Below are positions 50,005 through 63,927 of a stretch of 64,000 bases of DNA, one piece after another. The position numbers and the translations under genes were made by a program. The stretch is from Octopus bimaculoides (taxonomy: Eukaryota): the NCBI RefSeq assembly GCF_001194135.2, contig NC_068987.1, positions 3,943,993-4,007,992 on the forward strand, written 5' to 3'. A model generated the notes under the pieces. The model saw nothing but the letters and a program-made list of their open reading frames with translations. It was not told where the DNA came from and made no database searches. How positions within the stretch are numbered: the first letter of the stretch is position 1; every line of letters begins with the position of its first letter.

Positions 50005-53000
50005 CATTATTATTACCTCCGTCTTAGCGAAGGTGGAGGTATTATTTTCAGTTGTGTTTGTTTGTTTGTCCATGGACAAGATATCTCAATAACTGCTAGA
50101 TGGATTACGATGAAACTTTTAGTGATATTTGGCCTCATGTCTAGCATGAACTGATTAAATTTTGGGATCGATCCGGTACCGGACAAGGATTCTGGATTAT
50201 TTTTCCTGTTTTTTTTTTTACCTAATTTTTGAGAGCAGTTGGGTTCATTTTAAGCATTCTCGTTTGTGAGGGCAGTCGAGTTTATTTCAGATATTCTCAT
50301 TTTAAAAATCATCTCCGGCTAATCGTTGAGAGGACATTGGTGTTGCCTTGGTGGAGGTTTGCACTCTCTGAGTGCTCTTATTATTATCATCATTATTAAT
50401 AATAATAATAACTCTCAGGGGTTTCATTCTGAAAACAGAATAATCATAAAACACACACACAAATAAATTGAAATAAATAAAAAAAAGCCATACCCCTTGG
50501 CATCCAATTCCATAATGTGGGAAACTTTATTCCATCCAAAACCAAGGAATCGTTGATCATAGACAGGTACATTGGCAGCAACTACGATGTAGGGTTCAAA
50601 GTCAGACTCCCACTGAATCTGCAAAAAAACAATAAGATGCTCCTGCATAAGTTAAACATGCTGGGACACCTGATGAAGGCTGGAGGGTACACCAGCCGAA
50701 ATGTTGTGAAAACAACAAACAAGATGAGGACAAATATCCGTCAAATGTAAATAATGTACATAATGTATACTGAGACATAGACACACATATTTGTTTATCA
50801 TATGAGGAGGAGGAGGAGGAGGAGGAGGAGAAGGGCTGCCACCACCACTACTTAACATCCATTTCCCATGCTTGGATGGGTTGATTTGACTTGGCTTGGT
50901 TTTTACAGCTGGATGCCCTTCCTAATGAAAGCCACTCTTTACAGAGTATACTGGGGCGTTTGTATGCCTTCTACATTTCATCTTTTCTTTGTTGGGAGCA
51001 AAAGTTCCTAAAAATCATTCGTTGACAAGGAATGTGCACCCTAGTATAGATCACTGGTAATTAATTTCAGGGATAACGATGACAACAATTTGGAAGCAAA
51101 AGACATGGATAAAAAAAGAAAGTCAAGAAGTTAGTAAAATGTTTCTGTTACAAGAAAACCTTGTGAATCAATGAAACAACTTACAGTGTATGGTGTAGTG
51201 GCAGTTCTCCATTTGGCAAAATTGGTTGGAGCATGACCTTTAGTCCACACATGATATCTGGAATGGAATTATCAAGATCATACTTTATGAAGATAACTAG
51301 AGCTGGAGTAGACACACACACACACACACACATACAATTACATCAAATACACAGATATAATGGCATCAAAGACTCATAGACACAATTCCATCAAATCACA
51401 CATATATCAACATTTAACACTACTTCTCCATACTTGCATGGGTCAGACAGAATTTGTTGAGGCAGGTTTTCTCATTGGATGCTCTCCCTGTCACCAGCCC
51501 TTACCTGTTTCCTAGCAAGGTAGCATTTCCCCATGGCCAGACATGTTTTTCACAGAAGACTTGAAACGAACAACACTGCTTTTGTGACAACAATCCTCAA
51601 CGACAACTATCATGTAACAAGGGTACACACTAACACACACACATCATTATCATTTAATGTCTGTTGTCCATGGTGGCCTGGGTTGGACGGTTTGACCAGG
51701 GCTGGCCAGCTGGAAGGTTGCACCAGAACCAAGTCTGATTTGCCATGGTTTCTATGACAGGACGTCCTTCCTACTGCCAACCACTTCGAGAATGACACAG
51801 GTATCTGCTACAACTGTGATTTTGCTCAGCTCAGCTTGATGGGACGTCTTGTCAAGCATGACATAATGCCAATGGTCTTGGTTATTGTCTCTGTGAGGCC
51901 CAACGCTCAAAAGGAGCTTTTTATGTGCCACTTTGCCTTTGTGAGGCCTAATGCTTGAAAGGCACTTTTTACGTGCCACCAGCATGGGTGTCAGTTAGAT
52001 GACACCAGCATCCACTACGACTACAATTTCATTTGGTTTGATGGGTCTTCTCAAGCACAGCACATATATATACACATATGAATACATACGCACAGATTCT
52101 TTTTATTCTTTTATTTGTTCCAATCACTTAACTGTGGCCATGCTGGAGCACTGCCTTTAGTCGAAACAAATCAACCTCAGGACGTATTGTCTGTAAGCCC
52201 AGTACTTATTTTATCAATCTCTTTTGCTGAACTGCTAGCTTATGGGGACGTAAACACACCAGCATCTGTTGTCAAGCGATATTGGGGGGAGGGGGAGACA
52301 AACACATATACATATATACAATGGGCTTCTTCCAGTTTCTGTCCACCAAATCCACTCACAAGGCTTTGGTTGACCAGAGGCTATAGTAGAAGACACTTGC
52401 CTAAGGTGCCACACAGTGGGACTGAACCTAGAATCATGTGGTTGGTAAGCAAGCTACTTACCACACAGCCACTCCTGCGCCTATATATATATATGCAATA
52501 GGCTTCTTTCAGTTTCCATTCACTAAATCCACTCACAAGGCACAGTCTGTACAAAATGCTTACCTGAAGGTGAATAGGGTACCAACATCAAGCATGGAAA
52601 GTAATTCTGCTTTAGATTTTGGGAAAGTCAGTCTGTAGCGTTGGGTCTCAAAAGCTGGAACAATGAGAGCTTTCTTACTGTCTTTCATGTCCATCATGGA
52701 CACAGCCTTCTTCAGGTATTCATACAGACCATACATGGGTAGGAAGTCTATGTCTGAAAGGTAGACATAAGGAGTGATCACCTGCTGTAAGGCCACATTT
52801 CGCAAGTAGTTGACTGGGTAGAATTGCCCATCTCGATATACCACATGGTAACCGACATTCTTGCGAGACATTAAAATGCCAGAGCTGACAGCATATCGCA
52901 GAAACTGTTGCACTTCTGCATCAGACATGTACAGAGCCAAGCTTATAGGACCTTCCCAGTGTCGACAGATTGTCTCAAGCATTTGTAGTCGGTCCATGCT

Positions 53001-56000
53001 AAGCTGGGCCACCAAGGTAACATCGAATTCTGTTGGCTGATAATCATAGTCCAGGTAGTAGAGGTGAGTGCGGTGAATGATGATCTGTTCACGACGAAAG
53101 TCATAACATTCATCATCTTCGTTGATAGCACTTAACTGAAAGAGAATAAAAGAGGAGAAATTAGCATGCAATGGACAGGGTTCACATGTAACGTGTAAGG
53201 TTAGCATGCAGTATAAGGCCTGAAATTTTTGGGGAAGGGGCAAGTTGGTTACATCGACCCCAGTATGCAACTGGTACCTAATTTATTGACCCTGAAAGGA
53301 TGAAACACAAAGTCGATCCCGGTGGAATTTGAACTCAGAACATAGCAGCAGATGAAATACCACTAAGGATTTTGCCTGGTGTGCTAACGATTCTGCCAGC
53401 TTGCAGTCTTCACTAAACTATAAATAATCTTTTCTACTATAGGTACATGGCCTAAAATTTGGGGGTTGGGGACAAGTCAATCACATCGACCCCAGTACTC
53501 AACTGCTACTTATTTTATCGACCTTGAAAGGATGATAGGCAAAGTTGACCTCGGTGGAATTTGAACTCAGAGCATAAGGGCAGACGAAATACCGCTAAGG
53601 ATTTTGCCCACTGTGCTAACGTTTCAGCCAGCTCGCTGCCTTATAGCATGCAATATATAATACTAGCATGTACTCTTGTACTTGTCTCAGTCATTAGACT
53701 GTGGCCATGCTGGAGCACTGCCATGAAGACTTTTAGTCAAACAAATCAAATCCAGTACTTATTTTTGTTTTCAAATCTGGTATAATTCTATTGGCCTTTT
53801 TTTGCCAAACCACTAAGTTATGAGGATGTAAACAAACCAACACTGGTTGTCAAGCTGTGGTAGGGGACAAACAGCAACATACATACAAATATAAATATAC
53901 AACAGGCTTCTTTCAGTTTCCATCTACCAAATCCACACACAAGGCTTTGGGCAGCCTGAGGCTATAGGAGAAGACACTCTATAGTAGAATTGAGGGAAAA
54001 AAGCTATTCTAAAGAAAAAAGAACTTAATCCAAGATATATTAAGTTGATATTTAGCCATAAGTGTAGAGAGAGACATCAGCATTGTCACATTAATAAGGA
54101 ATGAGTCGAGCAAGTTTAAGAATGGTGTGCTAACCTGATCTTGGAAACGAGGTCCAACACGCGTGGTTCCACAAGCGAACAATTCTTGGCGTAGCAAATT
54201 GCCATCGTATTTCAGGAATGTTAGATAAAGGTTCCGAAAGAACTCGACATTTTTATTCTTAACTTTTAGTTTCTTGGGAGAATTCCAGTGTATAATCTAA
54301 TGGAAAAAGAAGAAATCAAAAGTTGAAATATTAGTTTTACAGAAATAAAGAATGCAGAAATATTTCTTTAATATGTAACACTAGTTTTAGAAAAAATATA
54401 GTTTTCTTTTACTTGTTTCAGTCATTTAACTGCAGCCATGCTGGAGCACTGCCTTTTAGTCAAACAAACCGACCCCAGGACTCATTCTTTGTAAGCCTGG
54501 TATTTATTCTATCGGGGTCTTTTGCCGAGCTGCTAAGTTACGGGGACGTAAACACACTAGCATCAGCTGTCAAGCAATGGTTGGGGTACAAACACAGACA
54601 TACATACACACACACACATATATATATATATATACGAGAGGCTTCTTTCAGTTTCCGCCTACCAAATCCACTCACAAGGCTTTGGTTGGCCCAAGGTTAT
54701 AGTAGAAGACACTTGCCCAAGGTGCCACACAGTGGGACTGAACCCAGGACCATGTGGTTGGGAAGCAAGCTTCTTACCACACAGCCACTCCTGTGCCATT
54801 TATAAACTTCTGTTGATTAAATCACGAAAATCTGGGTTATAGGAAATTAATTAAACAATTAACGAATTAATTGGTTAAATGGTAACAAATTGACTAATAG
54901 TGGTAGTAGTAGTAGTAGTAATGATAAAAATCCTTTCTATTAGAAGCATAAGGTTTGAAATTGTTGGGGAGGGGGATAGCTGATTACATTGACCCTGAAA
55001 GGACGAACGGAAAAGTCAACCCCAGCAGAATTTGAACTCAGAACCCAGTGACAGATGAAATGCTGCTGAGCATTTCGCCCAGTCTGCTGGGGATTCTGCC
55101 ATCTCACTGCCTTAATAATAATAATAATAAAAGTTTCTACTAGAGGCACAAGGCCTTAAATTTTGAAGGAGCTGGGGGGGGGGGATAGTCGATTACATTG
55201 ATCCTAGTACATGACTGGTAATTTTTACATTGACTTTGAAAGGACAAAAGGCAAAGCATACCATGGCAGAATTTGAACTCAGAATGTAAACATAAATGAA
55301 ATGCTACAAAGCATTTTGCCAACCGTGCTAACGATTCTGCCAGCTCACCACTTCAATAATAATAATAATAATAATCTTTTCTGCTATAGGTACAAGGCCT
55401 GAAATTTGGGGGAGGAGGACTAGTTAATTACACAAGGGTAGCTTGGGGTAGGTGGGGATGAGCCGGTTACATCAACCCCAGTGTTCAACAGGTACTTATT
55501 TTATCAACCTTGAAAGGATGAAAGGCAAAGTTGATCTCGGCGGAATTTGATCTCAGAATGTATCGATGGGCAAAATACCGCTAAGCATTCTATCCAGCCT
55601 GCTAATGATGCTGCCAGCTCGCCCCTTAATAATGATAATAATAATCCTTTCTGCAATAGGCACAAGGCCTGAAATTTGGAGGAAGGGGACTAGTTGATTA
55701 TATCGACCCCAGTGTTTCACCGGTACTTAATCTAACAACCCTGAAACGATGAAAGGCAAAGTTGACCCCAGTGACTTTAAGTGAAACAGTATGAGTGCAT
55801 GAAGTTATTAGGGGCATTATGACCGTCCCAAGATACAACAAATTCTGGGTAATTCTTCAGTTTAAAGCTGACATCATTTTCCAAGTCTTTCAAATCCATT
55901 TAATTGTAAATCTCAAAGTAACACTAAAATCAATCCCTTAAACACTCTTCTTCCATTCCACCGACCCCAAAACCCTTAACAATTTAGTAACAGGGGCACA

Positions 56001-58733
56001 AACTTTTAAGTCTGCTACTTCGCTGTAACATTGCTCACTGCGTGTGTTGTCACTGAGTTGGACGTTCCACTGACATGGCAGTCGATACACTAGGTAAGGA
56101 TGTTGCTTTAAGACGGCATTGAAGATATCCTGAAATGATGAAACGATTAAAGATTAACGAATTTTGGTCAAGCAAAACAGTCAAGAGAAAAAGAAATGAG
56201 ACGAGCAACTCAAGTTTTGCTGAAAAGACGTTTAAAGTTTGGCTCACCTGGTCTGCTAACGATGTTGAGAGCATACTCATTAGTTCACGTTCAGCAATGA
56301 GGCGCCATACTTGCATCCAGTTCAATTCTTGCAGCATTCGGATGTCCAACAGAATTACGCCAGTATTAAACCCTCGGCCCTTAAAAAGATCAAACAAAAG
56401 ACAACAAACATATCAATAGAACTGGCTTAACACCCTCATCATTGTTTAACGTCTGCTTTCCATGCTAGCATGGGTTGGATGATTTGACTGAGGAATGGTG
56501 AACCAGATGGCTGCACCAAGCTCCAATCTGATTTAGCAGAGTTTCTACAGCTGGATGCCCTTCCTAATGCCAACCACTCCGAGAGTGTAGTGGGTGCTTT
56601 TACGTGCCACGACACGAAGGCCAGTCAATAATCACTTTTATATTATTTAAGATTCAACTTTATTTCTAAAATTCTTGAAAAGTTTGGATAAATAAATTTC
56701 TCATTAGAATTCAAGACTTTGTTTTATTTATGTATTTTTGGATTAGCTTCAAAAATGCAAAGTAGACAAAAGAAAGGAAATGTTTTACAGATTTTTGTTG
56801 TTTTTGTAAAAGATGAGTTAAGAATGTGGAAAGAGGTGGGGGTTGGTGACACGAAAAATGTCTCTCAGTGTGTAGAAAATCTTTCTGACACATGCAAATA
56901 GAGCCAAGTGGATTTTAAAATAATATTGTGTGTGTGTGTGTGTGTGTGTGATTGAGTGTGTCTATCATCATCATTTAATGTCCACTTTTCCATGAGGCAG
57001 ATTTTCCATAGCTGAATGTCCTTTTTGTTACCAATCTTGACCTATTTCCAAGTAAGGTAATATTTCTCAGTCCACTCTGTTAAGTGGTTGGTGTTAAGAA
57101 GGGCATCCAGCTTTAGAATGCATGCCAAAACAGACAATGAAACCTGGTGCAGCTCTTGGCCATGTCAGCTTCTATCAAACTGTCCAACCCATGCCAGCAT
57201 GGAAAACGGACATTAAATGATGACAATGATGATGATGATACACACACACAGGCATCTGTGTGAAATAAATTTGTAATTCATTTCAACTTTTAGACCATTT
57301 ATTGTTTTTGAATAGAAAAGAAAAAAATATTGAAAAGTAATTCAAAATAATTCACAGAACATTTAATAGAATCTGTGTACGAATGTGGCATCTTACCAAA
57401 GCAGGCCATGGACGGTGGTTTTTCCATAATTTTCCAAGGTACCAATCACTCTGATTCTCAACAAGACCAATTGCCTGAAGAAAATTTTAGAAAATAAAGA
57501 AAATCTTGACCACATGGGAATGGTTTTCAAACCATTTTATATTCCAATAATCCTGAGACCTAGTTTAATAATGTTTGAAATCTTTATGAGGAAATGAGAA
57601 TGAAATGGTTAGTGATGTGGAGGGGGTGGTGGGTGGTTTTGGGGGTGGATGGGTGCAGAGGGTAAGAACAAATGGAAAAGAATGGCATTGCTATCTGACT
57701 GAAATCAATAGGATTGGGTATTGGCTTGCAGCAGATTATCTCTTAGAAATGAATAAATATATTTATGATGTTTTATGCATATTTAAATTCACTACATGAA
57801 ATACAACATCCCCTTTTTCAGTACCCCTAATATGTTACAGTTCTTTACCCTTCTCAGTTTTAACCCTTTCAATACCAACCCAGCTGAAACCACATCTGGC
57901 TCTGTAGTACAAATGTCTTGTTTTCATAAGTTTTGAATTTAAAATCTTCCACCAAACCTTAGTCACAATTTATGTTCCTAACACTAGCTGAATGATAACT
58001 AAGTTATTTTACTAAATTCTTTGTTGTATTTAAAGTAATTGAAAGAAACACACAGCATCTCAACAGAAATATGGTAACAAAAGGGTTAATAAACCTCGTT
58101 GACTTTAACCTGATATAATTATCTCACCCTGTCTAAATAGATATCTAACATCAACCCAAAATAATTATTTCTCCTCTTCTCATTCCTTGATACCCTGCAT
58201 ATGTTGATTGGAACTAAGACAAACAGTATCAGGGGACCACCTTTCAAATGCTATAAGGGTAAGGTAAAAAAAGAAAAGGGCTGTTTTCTCTTACTTGTTT
58301 TCCTTTCAATATTCTGAATATTTTCCACAGGTCTGCAATATCTGTAGCAAATGTGATATCAGTGTCAAGGACAATAACCTAGAAACAAAAACAAACAAAA
58401 ACACATTATAATATCACATGTAATAACAAAGTGTACTACACTGATATTGTTTGAAACACTGATAAAATAGAGAGATTTACAACTGGAGTATCTAGCCATG
58501 CAGTACATATTGTTCACATGCAGACAGAAATAAAGGATATTACAATAAGAGATATAGTCTTTTATTCTGTTACATGTATCAGTCATTTGACTGTGGCCGT
58601 GCTGGAGCACTGCCTTTAGTCGAACTAATTGACCCCAGGACTTATTCTATCAGTCTCTTTTGTTGAACTGCTAGCTTACAGGGACGTAAACACACCAATA
58701 TTGGTTGTCAAGCAATGGTGGGGGAACAAACAT

Positions 58734-58781
<48 letters not shown>

Positions 58782-61700
58782 GAAGGGCCTCTTTCAGTTT
58801 CTGTCTACCAAATCTATTCATAAATCTTTGGTTGGCCTAAGGCTATAGAAGAAGAAACTTGTCCAAGGTGCCATGCAGTGGGATTGAACCCAGAACCATG
58901 TGGTTGGGAAGCAAGCTTCTTACCACACGGCCAAGCATGTACAGACACACACACAGTGTAAATCAATATTATTATGTGTGTCTTTGTGTTTGTTCCTCAA
59001 CCGCTTGACAACCAGTGTTGCTTTGTTTATGTCCTATAACTTAGCAGTTTGGCAAAAGAAACCAATAGAATACCAAATTAATAATAATAAAAAAGCAAGT
59101 ACTGGAGTGGATTTCTTCAACTAAACCCTTCGAGGCATTGCCCCAGCATGGCCACAGTCCAATGACTGAAACAAATAAAAGAAATATGTAGTAAGAAGTT
59201 TGCTTCCTATGGTTCTGGGTTCATTCCCACCGCGTGGCACCTTGCAAAAGTGTCTTCTACTTTAGCCATGGGCTGAGCAAAGCCTTGTGAGTGGATTTGG
59301 TAGATGGAAACTGAAAGAAGCTCTTTCTCTGTGTGTGTGTATGTGTTTCATAAAGTTAGTTTCATCAAACTGCTTGACAACCGGTGTTGGTGTGTTTATG
59401 TCCCCCGTAACGTAGAGGTTTGGCAAAAGAAACTGATAGAATAAGAACCAGGCTTAAAAGCTAGTATTGGAGTCGATTCCTTTGACTAAAAAATTCTTCA
59501 AGGTGGTGCCCCAGCATGGCCGCAATCCAATGACTGAAATAAAACACAGGCAAAAGATGATATATGTATGTGCGTTACCTTTTCTAAGGGTAGTAACTTG
59601 GGGAGAGTCAGTTTCATCAGACCGTATACCCCGGAGTAATGTTTGTTTGGAATCCAAGCAATTTCAGGCTGGAAGGAAAAGACAACATGGACAATCTCCT
59701 CTCTCGATTGATTTGGTAGGGAAATGGGCAACAGCATTCAGTATTGTTACAAGAAAGATCTTAGACATTAATTCAAGTCATGACGAAGAAAAAACTAGAG
59801 ATAACAATTTGTTTAGTAAAGCTGAATAAAAAAATTCACCAGAGACAATTTATGAAAAAAACTTTGTTGTAATCATCATCATTAAGTGTTTTAAATCTGG
59901 GTTTCGTCCTTGTTACTGGGGGTGGCCAGATCTACCTCAATGCCATAGCAACTGAGATAGACAGGTGCAGCCCACCCCAGCCTTCGTGCTGGCTGGTGTC
60001 CATTCTCTTTTGCTATCATGAGGCTTTCATGTAATGTGCCAAGGTATCTTATGCCATGACCTACGTTACATGTTTTGAAAGTACTACAATACAAAATAAA
60101 AAATACAAAAAACTAGTAGAATATAACAATAATGAAAATTACTATTTATAAATCTCATAACAAGAGATATTCAGCAACAGTACTTTGGAGTAAAGATTGT
60201 TTGCCAACATAACATGGCAGTCCTGGTTTAGGACGAATGTTGCTGTAATTTAGCCCCAGGAGACATCGTCTCCAGCTAGCAATAAGACATGATCTGATGA
60301 AGAGAAATAACCCAGAAATCACAATATACAGATATTGTTTTGCATTAATGTCACAATCAGTTTTAAAATTCCTTTACCTTGATTTCATTGGCAGAATAGA
60401 AGCTAACTTGAACTGCAATAGAAAACAAACAATAAATGAATACATGTGTGTGTGTGTGTGCATCCACTCTTTCTCTTCCCCATCCCCTCCTCCAACCTAC
60501 CCAACATTATGTCATCTCTCTCTTTCTTCCCTCATCATTTCTATTCTACTGTACCTTTCCCTCAGACATCCCATCCTACCCCATTCATTCCTGGCATCTC
60601 ACTGCCCCACTCACTCCTGGCAACATTGCCGCACTCCCTCCTGGCATCTCTGTCCCACTCACCCCTGGCAACTCTGCCCCACTACCTTTTATCACTTTCC
60701 ATCCCCACCTGATTACTCCCATCCACTCTTCCAAGCTGTGAGTAATCATATAGCTTCTTTACAGCAAGGAACCTGTTCTGCTCTGGCCCTTTTCTCTCAC
60801 ACTTCACCCCTCTCTAGTCTTCTAGTATAAAATTTCCTCTCCTCATTTGAGGGTCATAGTTGCTACCTTGCTAGTGCAGGTGGCATGAAAAAAGCACCCA
60901 GTACAAGCTGTAAAGTGGGTGGCATTGGTGAAGGGCATCCAGCCACAGAAACTGTGCCAAAAAACCTTTGCCAGCAGAGGACATTGATGTTAAATGATGC
61001 TGATGATGTATATAAAAGTGTGCGTGTATGTGTGTAGATGCACACAACTTTGCATTGACACAACTTGGCCGACCCATTTACAAACATCACATGATATTTA
61101 GACAAGTGTATACATACACATATATACAAGACAGGCTTCTTTCAGCTTCCATCTATCAAATCCACTCACAAGGCTTTGGTTGGTTCAAGGCTACAGAAGA
61201 AGACACTTGCCCAAGGTGCCATGCAGTGGGAGCGAACCAGAGACCACATGGTAGGGAAGCCAGCTTTCTCAACCACACAGCCATGCCTGCACCATTACAC
61301 GATGTAGTTATGTCAAGATTGGGTGAAATAAAAATGTTACCAATCTGGTGCAAAAGAAAACTGAAAAAGCCTAATCTTAATCTTAAAAGAGTGTAGGGTG
61401 TTTTATGTAAGTTTATATAGAGAGGAAAGAGAACGGGACCTGACCTTCAGCAACATTCCAGGTTTTGAATAATTTCTGTAAGATGAGATGAGCGACACTA
61501 TCAGAGATGAAATGAAAGTGAAGAGGATTCTTGCGGTAGAACAGAATACTTTTAATTAATGTGACAACATCTCTTGTAGCATTGTGCCCAGCACATACAA
61601 TAGCCACATGGATAATCTGGTTAAAAGAAAAAAAAAAAGGTTTGATATTTTATATATTTCAGTATTTTAAACAATTTTTACACATTCATAAAAGTTGGGG

Positions 61701-63927
61701 GTTTGTCAAACACAAAATTTGGAAGTTAGTGGCTATTTCTACCATCATACACAAAATATATTGGAAATACGTTAGATGTCACAGCAATTTATCTACAGAT
61801 ACAATTCATCTACACACACACAGATGAACTGTTGTAGATGAATTTATCCAGAACTATTCTTGTGCCTATATTTAAATTTATTTCTTTTCATCATAATTTT
61901 ATATAAGAAATTTTTGCTAACTAATGTTGGAAGCATCAGGTTAAACAAAGATTTTAATTATTTCCAAATCCTTTTCAAATTCAAATGAATTTAAACACAC
62001 ACACAGGGTACTTTCAACCCACCCCCCACCAAACCAAACAACAGCAAAAAAAAGAAAAAGAGTAATGTAAGTGAAGAGAAGACTTCTTACCTCACATTTT
62101 GGGACTTCAGGTTCATTATTCAGACACCGAAGACATGTACCATTCCTATGATTTTTGTATGAAGCAAATTTGGTATCATTCTCAGCAGCAAAGCTCATTT
62201 GAAGATTTAGTAATTGATTCTGTGACAGACTACAATAACAATAACAACAATACTGTATGAGGTCATTGTTTTTTTTTTTTTATAGAAAAATGTGGGCAAA
62301 ATGTTTTATTTGCCTGAGCAATAAAGTTTTCATTTAACTCTTAACAATATAAATACTGTTAAATATTATGCTTATTCATTTTTTAAAACTAATCATGCAT
62401 TATCATATAGCTTTGAGATTTTTGATGATGTGATTTTCTATTTTCAGAATGACATTGTAGGGTAGGTGTGAGAGGTCTGATAAGAGCAGTCTGAATAAAG
62501 AACAAGTAGAATATTTGGTCCGGACATGGTTCAGGTGCCCAAGAGTTACAGTTCTTTAGCTGTAACATAAACAATAATTCGAACACACACACACAAGTTA
62601 CGTGTGTTTGAATCTGCTTCTAACTCATAAACAATAACAGAAGAAGACTTGTTAACCCTTTCGTTACTGTATTTATTTTGAGATGCTCTGTGTTTCTTTC
62701 ACTTAATTTTAAATAGTGGGACTGAACCTGAAACCATGTGGTTGCAAGGCAAGTCTCTTAACCACACAGCCATGCATATGCCTATATATATTAATATGTT
62801 TGTTGCAGGTAGGCCCTACAAGCATATAAGTTTGTTTTCCAAGAACAAGTTAACTTGTGGGCTTATAGAGAAAATACTCAACATCTGGTTATGTCGTAGC
62901 ATATTTAAGAAAAGGGACAAACCTTAACTGCTTTTGAAGAAACTGGTTCTTCTCTTCCATTTCTCTAACTCGTTGTGCCAGCTTTGCTTCCAAGCGACTG
63001 ACACCGTAGGCTCCATTGTTACCGTAAGAAATATAATCTGAAATGAATCAAAGACAAAAAAACAGATGCTTCAGAGAAGAAGAATCAATATATATAAATA
63101 AAAAAAAATCAGTGGTATTGATCTGGAAGCAATATCACTTATGGGCATACTGTGTTTAAAAACACAAAGATATATCAGTAGTACATGAAAAATTGACCAG
63201 CAGTAGTGGTTGCTTTGCTAAATGTGCATTTCTGCTTCATTATGCTTTGTCAGTAGCATGTACCCACTGCCAACTACATACAGAGACATCTGATATAGCA
63301 AAATGCTGACTGAAAAATCACTGATGCTGCAAGTAGCTGCTCAACTGAATAAGAATTCATTATATGCAATAGAAGCAGTATTGGATTAAAATAACTATCT
63401 ATATATCATACTTAATGCAGATACATCGCTAAAAGGCAAATTTAGCAAGTTTGCTTCATACAAAGACCACATGAATAGTACAGCAATGTAAGCTATTAAG
63501 ATACTTCTGCTTCCATGGACTACAACAGTGGGCAGTATTTCTCTCTGTAACTAGTCATAGATAGACTTATCCATCAGGAACAGAATGATTTTTGCTATGG
63601 GCATAGTTCACAGCAATAATGGTGTTTTATGAATCCTTAATTCTTTGGCCTTTACTGCCCACCATCTTATCAAACTGAGAATTAGTACAGAAATAAAAAG
63701 GATGAATAAATGCACCAATCAGAGATTATAATTAGCTAATCGTTATCTACAAATCTGTAAGCTACATGTGATTATGATGACGCATCATGGTTTATGTTCC
63801 CAGAATATAATAATAACTGTATTTGTTACTCACCATCAGCGCTGATAGTAAGGTAGACCAGGAAGAACATTGGAAAAGCGTAGACCACAATCAGCACCAA
63901 CAAGAATTTCTTCTTCACTCGGAACAT
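47545..63927 (-). CDS. LARGE: LARGE xylosyl- and glucuronyltransferase (matriglycan synthase), complete, 727 aa. Coding exons in transcript order: 63834-63927, 62923-63037, 62091-62229, 61445-61616, 60378-60412, 59579-59668, 58295-58378, 57397-57474, 56248-56379, 56004-56129, 54135-54296, 52564-53135, 51185-51257, 50494-50618, 49436-49534, 47545-47632
   Basis: Sixteen exons join in frame (2184 nt including TGA). N-terminal TM anchor and coiled coil, then IHVAIVCAG...[16 protein letters not shown]...[15 protein letters not shown]...[10 protein letters not shown]...SLADQDIFNA...IHWNSPKKL...[16 protein letters not shown]...[13 protein letters not shown]...[12 protein letters not shown]...[10 protein letters not shown], near-identical to vertebrate LARGE1/2 motifs. 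Confidence 0.97.
50012..50379 (+). mobile_element. Helentron-associated non-autonomous element (HINE/DINE-like)
   Basis: 5' TTACCTCCGTC...GGTGGAGGTA hairpin and 3' GCCTTGGTGGAGGTTTGCACTCTCTGAGTGCTCTT end, inserted in an (ATT)n run with no TSD. Confidence 0.65.
50660..50765 (+). mobile_element. Headless hammerhead-tail fragment in a LARGE intron
   Basis: GACAC-CTGATGA-AGGCTG...CAGCC-GAAA-TGTT-GTG followed by the family tail AACAACAAACAAGATGAGGACAAATATCCGTCAAATG. Confidence 0.7.
54402..54797 (-). mobile_element. tRNA-derived SINE family 1 (representative; about 15 further full or partial copies, e.g. 17895-18350, 18460-18800, 19515-19890, 21805-22150, 52110-52560, 53675-53980, 58575-58935, 59190-59545, 61050-61290)
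   Basis: Head GGCTGTGTGGTAAGAAGC...GGGTTCAGTCCC with A/B boxes, an internal (CA/TA)n tract and the tail ...GACTGAAACAAGTAAAAG. Confidence 0.85.
57864..58085. mobile_element. piggyBac-type MITE, same family as 44595-44827
   Basis: TTAA-CCCTTTC...AAAGGG-TTAA with a near-identical body. Partial copies at about 62653-62710 and 63978-64000. Confidence 0.75.
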
